Shown here: piece after piece, positions 49,094 to 59,634 of the stretch
How positions within the stretch are numbered: the first letter of the stretch is position 1
Layout of the letters: each line of letters opens with the position of its first letter
NCBI GenBank assembly: GCA_965221955.1
Contig: CBDCTA010000002.1
Location: forward strand, 64,001 to 128,000
DNA: 64,000 bases
Origin: Gammaproteobacteria bacterium
Lineage (GTDB): Bacteria; Pseudomonadota; Gammaproteobacteria; UBA4575
Direction: 5' to 3'
Translations under genes and position numbers: made by a program
Notes under the pieces: generated by a model
Seen by the model: only the letters and a program-made list of their open reading frames with translations
Told to the model about the DNA's origin: nothing
Databases searched by the model: none

Positions 49094-52000
49094 CTACATT
49101 TCTTGGCGTTTATTCTCAGGGTCGTAAAAAGGAACACTGCATACTGTTGCAGTTATAATTTCACCATTAGTAAGTTTAATATCAATTTTAGAATTTTCTT
49201 CTGATTCATCTGGCAAGACAAATGCCAAGCCAATAATCTTGTTCAGGCTAGGTGAGTGCGAAACAGATGTAACACGACCTGCAATTTCATTGTTTTTTAT
49301 CACCAAATTACACTCTTGCGGCATTGGTGAATCGGATGAAAGAGTAAATCCCACTAATTGGCGACTAAGAGGTCGATTATTTATTACTTCAATTGCACGT
49401 TTCCCTTGGAAGAAAATTTTTTTCTTAGCAATGGCCCAACCCATATTGGCTTCTTGTGGGATGGTTAGGCCATCTGTATCTTGGCCAACAATTATATGGC
49501 CTTTTTCAAGACGTAGAAGTCGCTGTGCTTCTACACCGAAAGGACAGATATCAAATTTTTCGCCTGCCTTCATAAGTGAATCCCATAATGCCTCTCCTTG
49601 ACTGGTTGGTACATGAATTTCATAACCTAATTCACCGACGAATCCGACTCGCAGTAAACGTGCCGGAATATTAGCAATACGTCCAGTTCGAACTTCCATA
49701 TACGGAAACTGTTGCGCACCCAGCTGAATATCATCCGTTAAGCTGGCCAAAACTTCACGAGAATTGGGTCCTGCCAAATTTACTGCAGCATATGCTGAAG
49801 TTACATTAGCAATGTCAACATTCAGATTCCATTCGCAATTCCAACGCAACATATTACGATAAACACCATCTACACCTCCGGTAGTTGCGGTTACATAAAA
49901 CTGCTGCTCATCCATGCGGCATGCAACACCATCATCGATAATTGCTCCAGTAGAATCAGTCATTAATACATAACGTGAACGATTGATAGGTTGCTTTGTA
50001 TAGGCAAAGGTATACATACGGTTCAAAAACTCTGCAGCATCAGGGCCGCGAATTTCTAATTTTCCTAAGGTCGAAACATCTACAATCCCTACGTTATTTC
50101 TTACTGCTAAATTTTCATTTTTTATACTTCCCGCTTTATTTTCTTGAACTCCATAATATGCTGGTCGCAACCATAAACCTGCAGGCATCATTTGAGCATT
50201 ACATTCTAAGTGACGGTGATGTAACGCTGTATGTTTAACAGGTTGATAAGCTTTTCCTGCAAGGTGTTGAACGTATTCTGGTGAAAAAGGTGGTCTTTGT
50301 GTTGTAAGGGTCACACTTTTTAATGAACGTTTTGCTTGTTTTGTTACTAAACGCATATTATTAAGTGCAGAAAATTTTCCTTGTGATGGCCCCATTACTA
50401 CAGTGGAGTAACGTTTCACTAATTCTAAATCATCGTAACCATCTTTAACGGCGTTAATGATGTCTTTAATTTGTAAGTCTTCATCATAGTCGATGAATTC
50501 TTTACCTTTTGGGTGAGGAAATATAGGCCAAGGGTAGTTTTGCTCGCTTACAAGAGTATCTTTAGTTACTTTAGGTGGCTCTTTGCTAGACAATCCAGCT
50601 TTTTTTGCAGCACTCCATCCAGCATATTTGCCATCAGTTAAAACTGCATCCAGATCAAATACAGAATTTAAAGAACCTGTGATTACAGATTGTCCATGAG
50701 TGGGAAGTTGTTTGACTTTTAATATTGCATCAGTCTCATCATATTCTAATAGACCTCCAGAGTGACAAAGTATTTGTGCTGCTGGAGAATATCCGGTACA
50801 CATGCAAACGACATCACAATCGAATGTTCTTGGCTTTCCTGATGTAGTACCTTCGCTTGTAATTTTGTCAACGATTGCGTGTGTAATGCTGCGTTTTCCT
50901 GCTCCTGGAATTACTTCATAAACAGTAGACCCATATAGTATTTGAACTTTATTGTTTTTAATAGCTGCGGCAAGCGGAGATAGTTTTGGTTCTGTGCGCA
51001 TTTCTACTAGAGCCGATACACTAATGCCATTTTCTATTAAATCAAGTGCTACACCATAGCCATCGTCATTTGCTGTGAGTACAATCGCACGTGAGCCAGG
51101 AGCAACCCCATATAAATTAATTAAACGTTGTGCAGCAGAACCAAGCATTACACCTGGTAAGTCGTTATTTCGAAATACTGCAGGTTGTTCAATTGAACCC
51201 ATTGCGGCTATAACAGTATTTGCACGGATTTTTAACATTCGATTTTCACACATTACGGCAAGCCAATTATCTGCAAACCAACCGGTGCACTGAGAGTTTA
51301 TGTGTGTAGTTATTAGGGAATGTTTGGATGCAGCAGAAACAAGTTTTTCTCTTAAAGATATGGTTAAACTTTTGTCAACATTAAATCTCGCATAATTTAA
51401 TGACCCACCTAACAGAGGATTTTCATCAATCAGAATTACTTCAGCCCCAGCATCTGCAGCTTGCAATGCAGCGGTCAATCCTGCAGGCCCAGCCCCTATA
51501 ACAGCAACATCGCAAAACCGATATGCTTTATCACTTTTGTAAGGTTTGGCGTTTACATCTACTTTTCCTAATCCAGCAAAATTACGAATTACTGAATCCC
51601 AATATTTCCAAACACCTTTAGGTTTATAAAAAGCTTTGTAATAAAACCCAACAGGTAAAAAACGGCTAAAGAGTTCTACAACTCTACCCCAATCATTTCT
51701 TAGAGTTCCAAATACATTTTGAGCTTGTACGGTTAATCCTTTCGATAGGGGAGTGGTATCTGCTCGCACACTGGGTTCATCATTAATTTGAACTAATGTA
51801 TTGGCATCACGACCTGCCATACTTAAAATCCCACGTGGACGATGGTATTTAAATGAACGAGAGAGTAATAGTGTGTTGTGCGCTGCTAATGCGCTCGCTA
51901 TAGTATCTCCCTGGAAACCTTTATAGGTTTTACCATTAAATGTAAAAGATATCGTTTTGCTACGATCAAGATATAAGCCTTTTGGTTCAAGTAAGCGCAT
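49094..52000 (-). CDS. mgdC: N-methylglutamate dehydrogenase subunit C (SoxA-like)
   Basis: GDTIASAL, RSFKYHRPRG, GAGPAG and GcvT-like C-terminus (DVSTLGK, GELGYE, LRLEKG). Confidence 0.88.
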   Translation of the reverse strand: MRLLEPKGLYLDRSKTISFTFNGKTYKGFQGDTIASALAAHNTLLLSRSFKYHRPRGILSMAGRDANTLVQINDEPSVRADTTPLSKGLTVQAQNVFGTLRNDWGRVVELFSRFLPVGFYYKAFYKPKGVWKYWDSVIRNFAGLGKVDVNAKPYKSDKAYRFCDVAVIGAGPAGLTAALQAADAGAEVILIDENPLLGGSLNYARFNVDKSLTISLREKLVSAASKHSLITTHINSQCTGWFADNWLAVMCENRMLKIRANTVIAAMGSIEQPAVFRNNDLPGVMLGSAAQRLINLYGVAPGSRAIVLTANDDGYGVALDLIENGISVSALVEMRTEPKLSPLAAAIKNNKVQILYGSTVYEVIPGAGKRSITHAIVDKITSEGTTSGKPRTFDCDVVCMCTGYSPAAQILCHSGGLLEYDETDAILKVKQLPTHGQSVITGSLNSVFDLDAVLTDGKYAGWSAAKKAGLSSKEPPKVTKDTLVSEQNYPWPIFPHPKGKEFIDYDEDLQIKDIINAVKDGYDDLELVKRYSTVVMGPSQGKFSALNNMRLVTKQAKRSLKSVTLTTQRPPFSPEYVQHLAGKAYQPVKHTALHHRHLECNAQMMPAGLWLRPAYYGVQENKAGSIKNENLAVRNNVGIVDVSTLGKLEIRGPDAAEFLNRMYTFAYTKQPINRSRYVLMTDSTGAIIDDGVACRMDEQQFYVTATTGGVDGVYRNMLRWNCEWNLNVDIANVTSAYAAVNLAGPNSREVLASLTDDIQLGAQQFPYMEVRTGRIANIPARLLRVGFVGELGYEIHVPTSQGEALWDSLMKAGEKFDICPFGVEAQRLLRLEKGHIIVGQDTDGLTIPQEANMGWAIAKKKIFFQGKRAIEVINNRPLSRQLVGFTLSSDSPMPQECNLVIKNNEIAGRVTSVSHSPSLNKIIGLAFVLPDESEENSKIDIKLTNGEIITATVCSVPFYDPENKRQEM

Positions 52001-52023
52001 AATAAGATTGTTAATAAATTCGA

Positions 52024-52311
52024 CTACTCAGTTTTTTTAAACGCAACTCTCTGCATATATAATTCATGTGCAGGATAGGTTTTAATAATTTCTTCGGTCA
52101 CTGTATTACGTTCAGCGATGAACCAATAAGATGTGGGAACATGCATCCACCATTCACGTACAACACCTTTAGTATTATTTTCCATGAACAAATATTCAGC
52201 CCATTCGCGATCTGTTCCATTAACTGGATCTGGTATTGATTTTACTTCTCCACCACAAATAAATTCGGAGATGTTACGTAAACCATTCAATGGACAGGGC
52301 ATTAATTTCAT
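52024..52311 (-). CDS. mgdB: N-methylglutamate dehydrogenase subunit B (SoxD-like)
   Basis: CPLNG.RNISEF..GGE, EWW.H, RNT.T.EI. Confidence 0.88.
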   Translation of the reverse strand: MKLMPCPLNGLRNISEFICGGEVKSIPDPVNGTDREWAEYLFMENNTKGVVREWWMHVPTSYWFIAERNTVTEEIIKTYPAHELYMQRVAFKKTE

Positions 52312-52333
52312 CGTAATAGAATTTTTTTAAATA

Positions 52334-53575
52334 TTAATGACCAACAGAAGCAGCACCACGTTCACCTACTTGTTCGAAACGATAGAAGCGTTCTAATTCA
52401 AATGGCTTTAGCAAATCAGGAAGTTTGTCTGTAGCTAAAGTTTCTGCCATGCGCTTACCACATACGGGTGTAGCTTTAAATCCCCAGGTGCCCCATCCGG
52501 CATCAATATAGTAATTTTGTATTGGTGTGAAACCCATAACGGGACTAAAATCAGGAGTCATATCAGTAATACCTGCCCATTGTCGTAATATTTTCAATTT
52601 TCCAACAAATGGGAAAAGTTCCAATAGATGCATCATTAGCTCTTCTTTGAACTCCAAAGTAGAACGTGTGGAATAGAGAGAATAAGGGTCGCTAGAAGCG
52701 CCCATTACTAACTCGCCACGAGAAGATTGGGAAACATATACATGTAATGAACCAGAAACGACAATAATGTTTAAAAATGGTTTAACAGGTTCTGTAACAC
52801 ACGCTTGTAAGGGAATAGATTTTATAGGTAGTTTGAATCCAGCAAGTTTCGAAACTTCTGAACTTAAACCGGCTACTGCTTGTAATACTTTTCCACAACG
52901 AATATCACCACGATCTGTTTGAACACCAACAACGCGATCATTTTCAAACTTAAAACCTGTTACTTCCGTATGTGTATGAATTTCTATACCGCGATCTGAA
53001 GCACCGCGAGCATAACCCCATGCTACTGCATCATGTCTAGCGATAGCACCTGGAGGATGGTGCAATGCCCCCATGATTGGGTAACGTACATCTTGGCTTA
53101 AGTTTAAGTGTGGACATAGCTTTGCTAGTTCGTCTGGATAAACTAACTCAGAATTAATGCCAAGATGCTTGTTTACTTCTGCTCGCCAACGAGATGTACG
53201 TATTGCTGCATCAGTGTGTGCAAGTGTTAAATGACCTCTTTCAGAGTAGAGAATATTGTAATCAAGTTCATTGCTTAAATTTTGAAATAGTTTTACTGAT
53301 TCATCATAAAAACGTACACCTTCGGGTGTTAAATAATTTGATCGTACGATTGCTGTATTACGAGCAGTATTACCACCTGCAAGATAGCCTTTTTCTAATA
53401 CCGCAACATTAGTGATTCCCCATTGCTTAGCCAGGTAGTACGCGGTGGCTAGACCATGACCACCACCACCTATAATCACAATGTCATAACTAGGCTTAAG
53501 CGAGGCAGGTTTTTTGAAATGCCGTTCTGAAGGGTGGGCTTTACTTAAGCCATATTTTAATAGCCCAAAAGGCAT
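52334..53575 (-). CDS. mgdA: N-methylglutamate dehydrogenase subunit A (SoxB-like)
   Basis: GGGGHG, GNTARNT, ARHDAVAWG, GWGTWGFK; adjacent to gmaS. Confidence 0.88.
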   Translation of the reverse strand: MPFGLLKYGLSKAHPSERHFKKPASLKPSYDIVIIGGGGHGLATAYYLAKQWGITNVAVLEKGYLAGGNTARNTAIVRSNYLTPEGVRFYDESVKLFQNLSNELDYNILYSERGHLTLAHTDAAIRTSRWRAEVNKHLGINSELVYPDELAKLCPHLNLSQDVRYPIMGALHHPPGAIARHDAVAWGYARGASDRGIEIHTHTEVTGFKFENDRVVGVQTDRGDIRCGKVLQAVAGLSSEVSKLAGFKLPIKSIPLQACVTEPVKPFLNIIVVSGSLHVYVSQSSRGELVMGASSDPYSLYSTRSTLEFKEELMMHLLELFPFVGKLKILRQWAGITDMTPDFSPVMGFTPIQNYYIDAGWGTWGFKATPVCGKRMAETLATDKLPDLLKPFELERFYRFEQVGERGAASVGH

Positions 53576-53687
53576 TCTTAATTACAACTATAATTCTAAA
53601 ATATTCATTCTATAAATGTACTTACATAAAAAGAATTTTAAAAATATTGTGAAGTACATTTTAATATAATTGCTAATTACTATAGAT

Positions 53688-54995
53688 TTAACAGTCAAGA
53701 GTATTTTGTCTTTCCCACTGACTAAGATGGCTTGTGTATTCACGCCATTCCGTCATTTTCAATTTGATATAAGCATCGATAACTTCTTCACCAAGTTCTG
53801 CTCTAAGTATTTTATTTTTCTCTAACAGACGAAGCGCATCTAAAAGAGTAGAAGGAAGTAGTTTTGCAGACCGTACTTTATTGCCTTCTTCATACATATT
53901 TACGAAGCTTGGTTCGCCTGGGTCACGTTTATGGTTAATTCCATCGAGACCTGCTGCAATAATTGCTGCTTGAGCAAGATAAGGATTCATTGCGCCATCC
54001 ATTAAGCGTAATTCAAATCTGCCATCATCAGGTACGCGAATCATGTGAGTACGATTATTTCCCGAATAGGTAACTGCACTTGGTGACCAAGTTGCGCCAG
54101 AAGTTGTGCGTGGTGCATCTATTCTCTTATAACTATTAACTGTTGGATTAAATATTGCGCACATTGAAACAGCATGCTGCATAATACCGCCAAGAAATTG
54201 ATAAGCTATTTTAGATAAACCTAGCTCATCTGTTTTGCTTAAAAATAAATTTTTCTTACCTGTCTTATCCCAGATAGAAATATGGGAATGACATCCATTC
54301 CCAGTTAAATTTGAAAATGGCTTGGGCATAAACGTTGCGCGCATGCCATGATTTTCTGCAATAGTTTTTGTCATATATTTAAAAAATACATGACGATCTG
54401 CAGTGAGTAATACATCGTTATAATCCCAATTCATTTCAAACTGACCATTAGCATCTTCATGGTCATTTTGATAAGGACCCCAACCCAGTTTTAGCATGCA
54501 ATCGCAAATTTCTTTTACAACCGGATAGCGACGCATCAAAGCTTGTTGATCATAACAAGGCTTTGTTTGAGTATCGTATGGGTCTGATAATTCCGTACCA
54601 TCTTCATTTACTAAAAAGTACTCACATTCCACACCCGTTTTAACGCGATAGCCTTTTTTCTGAGCTTTGGCAATTTGTCTTTTAAGCGCTACTCGCGGTG
54701 ATGCTTCAACTTCTTTGCCATCCATCCAAAGATCTGATGCCAACCAACCAATTTCAGGATTCCAAGGTAATTGAATTAAGCTATCTGGATCAGGTACTCC
54801 GAACATATCTGAATCTGCAGGCGTCATATCAAGCCACGCTGCAAATCCTGCAAATCCTGCACCATCTTTTTGCATATCTTTAATTGCACGAGCTGGAACA
54901 AGTTTTGCTCGCAGTACACCAAAAAGATCTACAAAGCTTACAAGAAAATATTTGATGCCTTTTGTTTTTGCAATTTGAGCTAAATCTTTTGCCAT
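53688..54995 (-). CDS. gmaS: Gamma-glutamylmethylamide synthetase (GlnT-like)
   Basis: DLFG..RAKLVP, GAGFAGFA, YQNDHEDANGQFE, GNNRTHM; lies between mgs and mgd genes. Confidence 0.9.
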   Translation of the reverse strand: MAKDLAQIAKTKGIKYFLVSFVDLFGVLRAKLVPARAIKDMQKDGAGFAGFAAWLDMTPADSDMFGVPDPDSLIQLPWNPEIGWLASDLWMDGKEVEASPRVALKRQIAKAQKKGYRVKTGVECEYFLVNEDGTELSDPYDTQTKPCYDQQALMRRYPVVKEICDCMLKLGWGPYQNDHEDANGQFEMNWDYNDVLLTADRHVFFKYMTKTIAENHGMRATFMPKPFSNLTGNGCHSHISIWDKTGKKNLFLSKTDELGLSKIAYQFLGGIMQHAVSMCAIFNPTVNSYKRIDAPRTTSGATWSPSAVTYSGNNRTHMIRVPDDGRFELRLMDGAMNPYLAQAAIIAAGLDGINHKRDPGEPSFVNMYEEGNKVRSAKLLPSTLLDALRLLEKNKILRAELGEEVIDAYIKLKMTEWREYTSHLSQWERQNTLDC

Positions 54996-55099
54996 GTTGA
55001 CTCTCCGTTATTTTGTTCTTATTTGCTTAGCGCTAAGTATGTTAGAGCTACTTGCATATGAAACACATTATTTTACTTGCATGCAATTATTCTACTATC

Positions 55100-56431
55100 T
55101 CATAAATTATTACTACCTGGAATCCAATTTGTGCCTGCTAGTGGCACTTTCGCCATGGCAGCTGACTCTAACGTTAAAGCGACCATGTCCTCAGGTTCTA
55201 AATTATGCACATGGCTTTTGCCACATGCCCGCGCAAGCGTTTGGGTTTCAAGAGTCAGCACACGCAAGTAATTGGCAAGCTTACGTCCACCTAGTATGGG
55301 GTCAAAACGTTGTGCAAGTTTTTCACTTTGTGTACTAATACCAGCAGGATCTTTTCCGTCTTGATAATCATCATAATATCCTGCGGATGTCCCAAGTTTG
55401 CGATACTCTTCTTCAAATTCAGGACTATTGTCACCCAAGGCTATTAGCGCAGCTACTCCAATCGAAACTGCATCGGCTCCTAATGCTAATGCTTTTGCTA
55501 CATCTGCTCCACTGCGTATACCACCTGAAACAATGAGTTGAACTTTACGGTGCATATTCATTTCCGTAAGCGCTTCGACCGCTAAACGCACGGCTGGTAA
55601 AATTGGGATACCAACATGTTCAATGAATACATCTTGGGTTGCTGCTGTTCCACCTTGCATGCCATCTACAACGATTGCATCTGCACCTGCTTTCACCGCC
55701 AACATAGTGTCGTAGTAAGTACGCGTTGCGCCTACTTTTATATATATAGGAACTTGCCAATCAGTTATTTCACGTAATTCTAAAATTTTAATTTCTAAAT
55801 CGTCAGGACCTGTCCAATCTGGATGTCGACAAGCACTGCGTTGATCAATTTCTTGAGGAAGGTCACGCATTTCTGCTACGCGTTTACTTATTTTTTGTCC
55901 AAGTAACATTCCACCACCGCCAGGTTTTGCACCTTGACCAATAACAACTTCAATTGCATCAGCCTTTCGAAGGTCATCAGGATTCATGCCATAACGGGAA
56001 GGGAGGAGTTGATAGACAAGTATAGAAGAGTGACCACGTTCTTCTTGTGTCATCCCGCCATCACCCGTTGTTGTACTTGTGCCTACTTCGCTTGCACCAC
56101 GTCCCAAAGCTTCTTTTGCAGGAGCAGATAAGGCTCCAAAGCTCATACCTGCTATTGTGATAGGAATCTTAAGCTCAATAGGTTTCTTAGCAAAACGGGT
56201 TCCAATCGTAACATTGGTATCACATTTTTCCCGATAACCTTCGAGCGGATATCGCGACATGCTCGCGCCTAAGAAAAGTAAATCATCAAACGATGGTACG
56301 TGACGCTTCGCACCATACCCACGTATGTCATATAAACCTGTTGCTGCCGCACGCTGAATTTCAGCAATAACATGCCTCGGAAAGGTCGCTGATTCTTTTA
56401 GCCATGTATTGAGATCTTCATTTTGTCCCAT
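55100..56431 (-). CDS. mgsC: N-methylglutamate synthase subunit C (FMN-binding)
   Basis: SRYPLEGYRE.C, AGMSFGALS, GQGAKPGGGG, RHPDWTGPDDL; no Fe-S Cys cluster; ATG 56431. Confidence 0.9.
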   Translation of the reverse strand: MGQNEDLNTWLKESATFPRHVIAEIQRAAATGLYDIRGYGAKRHVPSFDDLLFLGASMSRYPLEGYREKCDTNVTIGTRFAKKPIELKIPITIAGMSFGALSAPAKEALGRGASEVGTSTTTGDGGMTQEERGHSSILVYQLLPSRYGMNPDDLRKADAIEVVIGQGAKPGGGGMLLGQKISKRVAEMRDLPQEIDQRSACRHPDWTGPDDLEIKILELREITDWQVPIYIKVGATRTYYDTMLAVKAGADAIVVDGMQGGTAATQDVFIEHVGIPILPAVRLAVEALTEMNMHRKVQLIVSGGIRSGADVAKALALGADAVSIGVAALIALGDNSPEFEEEYRKLGTSAGYYDDYQDGKDPAGISTQSEKLAQRFDPILGGRKLANYLRVLTLETQTLARACGKSHVHNLEPEDMVALTLESAAMAKVPLAGTNWIPGSNNL

Positions 56432-56447
56432 AGCAAAACACCCTTGT

Positions 56448-57134
56448 TTAGTAGGCTCCGATATTATCAATATTAAAGTTATATAATTTTCTTGCAGAAC
56501 CATAGCGACGGAACTCTTCAGCATCGATATCTGAAAGATTTGCTTGTTTGAGTAGCTCCTTTAACTCAGCTTTATGCTCTGCTTTCATTGGTTTTTCGAT
56601 GCAGTCTGCACCAAGGCTTGAGACATTCCCTCGAACATATATTCGAGCTTCATAAAGGGAATCTCCAAGAGCATCACCAGCATTGCCGCACACAACTAAG
56701 CATCCTTTTTGTGCCATGAATGCGCTCATATGACCAACACTTCCTTTTACTACGATGTTTACACCTTTCATGGAGATTCCGCATCGTGAGCTTGCATCAC
56801 CTTCAATTACAAGTAGACCTCCATGCGCAGTAGCCCCTGCATATTGAGAAGCGTTGCCTTTAATTCTTACCATTCCTGACATCATGTTTTCGGCGACACC
56901 AGGACCGCAATGACCATTTACTACTATGTTTGCTTGCTTATTCATGCCAGCACAGTAATATCCAACATGTCCGTCAATTTGGATATCTAAACCTTCATCA
57001 ATGCCAACAGCAATGGCATGACGACCTTTAGTGTTGCTTACTTTCCATTTGCTTTGATTTTTAGCAATATCTGAATTATGTAAAGCTGCATTTAGCTCTC
57101 TTACATCAGACTGATCTAGATCAAATTCAATCAT
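56448..57134 (-). CDS. mgsB: N-methylglutamate synthase subunit B (GXGXG)
   Basis: GYYCAGMN, ENMMSG, RCGISMKG, SARKLY.F. Confidence 0.9.
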   Translation of the reverse strand: MIEFDLDQSDVRELNAALHNSDIAKNQSKWKVSNTKGRHAIAVGIDEGLDIQIDGHVGYYCAGMNKQANIVVNGHCGPGVAENMMSGMVRIKGNASQYAGATAHGGLLVIEGDASSRCGISMKGVNIVVKGSVGHMSAFMAQKGCLVVCGNAGDALGDSLYEARIYVRGNVSSLGADCIEKPMKAEHKAELKELLKQANLSDIDAEEFRRYGSARKLYNFNIDNIGAY

Positions 57135-57186
57135 GTTAGTTTATAAATTTTTAAATTTATTTTGCAGTGATACGTTCATTTGTTTG

Positions 57187-58083
57187 TTAATGCTTCCAGC
57201 TATAAATCTGTGCTGGAACAGGTTCCCAGCAATGCGCATCTTTCGCTCCTGGCAATACAGCAAGTGCACGATATTCTGATGCCATTGCAACCCAGTCATC
57301 TGTTTCAGCTATCACAGCTGGCTTACATGCGATAGGGTCGCGCATTACTGCAAAACCATCTTTAGTGCCTACTGCAAATGTATAAAACCCATCTAAGTCA
57401 TGAATGGCAGCTGCTAGCGCTTCGTCCAAATCATCACCTTGCTGTAAGCGAGATGCGATATAGCCTGCTGCTACTTCGCTGTCATTGTCGGTATGAAAAA
57501 TGATGCCTTTTTTACGTAATATTCTGCGCAAATGGTTATGATTTGATAGCGATCCGTTATGAACCAAACATAAGTCTTCGCCTGTAGAAAAAGGGTGCGA
57601 GTGATGCGTGGTAACGGCGCTTTCTGTAGCCATACGCGTATGACCAAGAGCATGCGTTCCTGTTAATTCTTGGATGTTAAATTTCTCAATAACACAAGAT
57701 GGTAGCCCCATTGCTTTATATATTTCTATTGAACTGCCTGAACTGATTAATTTAAGCTCAGGGTGATGTTGGTGTAACCAAGCTGTAATACCTTCTTCTG
57801 TACCAGGAACAATATAAGTTGCTTGATTGCTCCTAATTTCAAATCTTACTGGGCCATCATAATGTTGACTTAAATCGTTGGCGACATTTTTCCAGTTATA
57901 GTCCTGTGCAGGGGATAACACAGTTAATTTAGTGTGCTTTTCATCGGTTGGGGTTCTGTAAACTGCTATGCCCGCGCTATCTGGTCCACGTTCGGTCATT
58001 TCGATAAGCATCTGAGATAAATACATACCGAGATGAGATTCGATGTTTTCAGATTTTGAAAATAACCCAACAATTCCGCACAT
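57187..58083 (-). CDS. mgsA: N-methylglutamate synthase subunit A (class II amidotransferase)
   Basis: MCGIVG, RGPDSAG, GHTRMATES, HNGSLSNH. Confidence 0.9.
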   Translation of the reverse strand: MCGIVGLFSKSENIESHLGMYLSQMLIEMTERGPDSAGIAVYRTPTDEKHTKLTVLSPAQDYNWKNVANDLSQHYDGPVRFEIRSNQATYIVPGTEEGITAWLHQHHPELKLISSGSSIEIYKAMGLPSCVIEKFNIQELTGTHALGHTRMATESAVTTHHSHPFSTGEDLCLVHNGSLSNHNHLRRILRKKGIIFHTDNDSEVAAGYIASRLQQGDDLDEALAAAIHDLDGFYTFAVGTKDGFAVMRDPIACKPAVIAETDDWVAMASEYRALAVLPGAKDAHCWEPVPAQIYSWKH

Positions 58084-58115
58084 GGATTATGCCCTGATAG
58101 TTTAAGAACTAAATG

Positions 58116-58148
58116 TTACTATACGTAAAAAAATATTACTGTCAATAA
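58116..58148 (-). promoter_or_regulatory. mgsA sigma70-type promoter overlapped by tandem operators
   Basis: Minus-strand TTGACA-N16-TATAGT lies within TTACTATACGTAA (58116-28) and TTACTGTCAATAA (58136-48). Confidence 0.6.
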
Positions 58149-58239
58149 ACAAATTAAATGAGTCTAAATCTGTTCGACTAGCAATAAGTTCAGGTGGCTT
58201 AATGGAGTGTCTTATGGATTACTTCTGCATTGAGGGTGT

Positions 58240-58911
58240 TTAAATTTCAGAGGAGTAGTTAATAATAGCTAATATCTCAATTGGGACTTTCATAAGTTTT
58301 TCAGGGCCATGGGGAACTTCACCCGAAAACATTAAAGAGTCTCCAGGCTGCAATATATAAGTGTCGCTGCCGTGTCGATATTCTATCTTGCCTTTTAGCA
58401 CATATATAAATTCGGTACCTAGATGTTGAAAGCTAGGAAATTCTTCGCTTGCATCATCCATCGTTATTAAGAATGGTTCAAAAGACTTTGCTGGGCCTTG
58501 CTCATAAGCAAGTAACTGATAGGCATGTCCTTTTTTGGTTCCTCTTCGAACCACTTGCATACCTTTACCTTTTTTAACGTGTTGAGCGCTTCCCTCAGGT
58601 ACATCATAGTCTCTAAAGAATAATGACATGGGCATGCCTAACGCAGTTGCTAATTTCTCTAAAGTTTCCAAGCTAGCTGAAACGTCTCCACGCTCAATTC
58701 GACTTAACATTCCAGAGCTAATATTGGCGAGTTCCGCAACTTCATTGATGGTTAAGTGGTTTGTGTTCCGCTGTTGGCGAATGACATTACCGATATGATG
58801 TTCGATAGCGAAAGAGGAGTTTCTAGTGGAATTAGCTATGGACTTTGGTTTAGTGGCTCGCTTTGATTTCGAGCTAGCGGTAGATTTCTTTTTATTAGAT
58901 TTTTTAGGCAT
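58240..58911 (-). CDS. XRE-family HTH regulator with cupin domain
   Basis: IS.GMLSRIE.G..S.SL, F.H.G.EFIY and F....PHGP; just upstream of mgsA. Confidence 0.9.
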   Translation of the reverse strand: MPKKSNKKKSTASSKSKRATKPKSIANSTRNSSFAIEHHIGNVIRQQRNTNHLTINEVAELANISSGMLSRIERGDVSASLETLEKLATALGMPMSLFFRDYDVPEGSAQHVKKGKGMQVVRRGTKKGHAYQLLAYEQGPAKSFEPFLITMDDASEEFPSFQHLGTEFIYVLKGKIEYRHGSDTYILQPGDSLMFSGEVPHGPEKLMKVPIEILAIINYSSEI

Positions 58912-58962
58912 TAGTTAGCTAACAGATATTTAAAATAAGTGTGTATATTCGGGCTATTCTTT

Positions 58963-59634
58963 TTACTTTAGATGGGCTGCAAACTCAATTAAATCTTTTG
59001 CCGTGATATCCGGCGCATACTCCCAAGGATCATATACATTAGTCGGATCTCGTTGTATCCATGCAGCCTTTATTCCTGAGGCTTTGCCTCCAATTACATC
59101 AAAGGGGTTACTAGATATAACCCAGCAGTTGCTAGGAATTACTCCAGTCTTTGTGGCTAAGTAGCTATAAACTGCTGGATTTGGTTTAAAAGTCTTCAAT
59201 TCATCAACACTTACAATATTCTCTAAGTAATCCAATAAGTTTGAATTAGACAGCAATGTTTTTAAAGTTGATGAGGTTCCGTTAGAAAAAGCAACTAGTG
59301 TGTGGTTACTTTGCTTTAGCACTTCGAGTGCAGGCACCACATCTGGGAATAATTTAAGGTTTGAATACAAACCAAGAAGATTATCTTTTTCATTACTTGA
59401 AAAGCTAACATCTAAACAATCTATTGCATACTGCATAGCTTGCTGTATACAAGTATCAAAATTTTGATATTGGTTCATCAATCCGCGACGGAAAGTATAT
59501 TCGAGTTGCTTTTGTCTCCAAATTTTTGCGAATGGCTTAGCTTTTTTACCAATTAGTTTCTGTAAATATACGCTTATTTCTAGCGGGTCAACTAAAGTTC
59601 CATATACATCGAAACCAATAGTTAATTTTTTCAC
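58963..59634 (-). CDS. Haloacid dehalogenase, type II
   Basis: FDVYGTL, WR.KQLEY, FSNG, FKP.P.VY, SSN.FDV.G. Confidence 0.88.
   Translation of the reverse strand: MKKLTIGFDVYGTLVDPLEISVYLQKLIGKKAKPFAKIWRQKQLEYTFRRGLMNQYQNFDTCIQQAMQYAIDCLDVSFSSNEKDNLLGLYSNLKLFPDVVPALEVLKQSNHTLVAFSNGTSSTLKTLLSNSNLLDYLENIVSVDELKTFKPNPAVYSYLATKTGVIPSNCWVISSNPFDVIGGKASGIKAAWIQRDPTNVYDPWEYAPDITAKDLIEFAAHLK

Noticed and set aside
53614-53661. Inverted repeat AAATGTACTT/AAGTACATTT between gmaS and mgdA
   Set aside because: AT-rich with a long loop; weak as a terminator and seen only once.
48360-54995. Annotation as sarcosine oxidase and glutamine synthetase
   Set aside because: The mgsABC-gmaS-mgdABCD order favours the N-methylglutamate pathway.
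55024-55082. TACTTGCAT direct repeat and a small palindrome before gmaS
   Set aside because: Two short copies only, and no match to the other motifs in the window.
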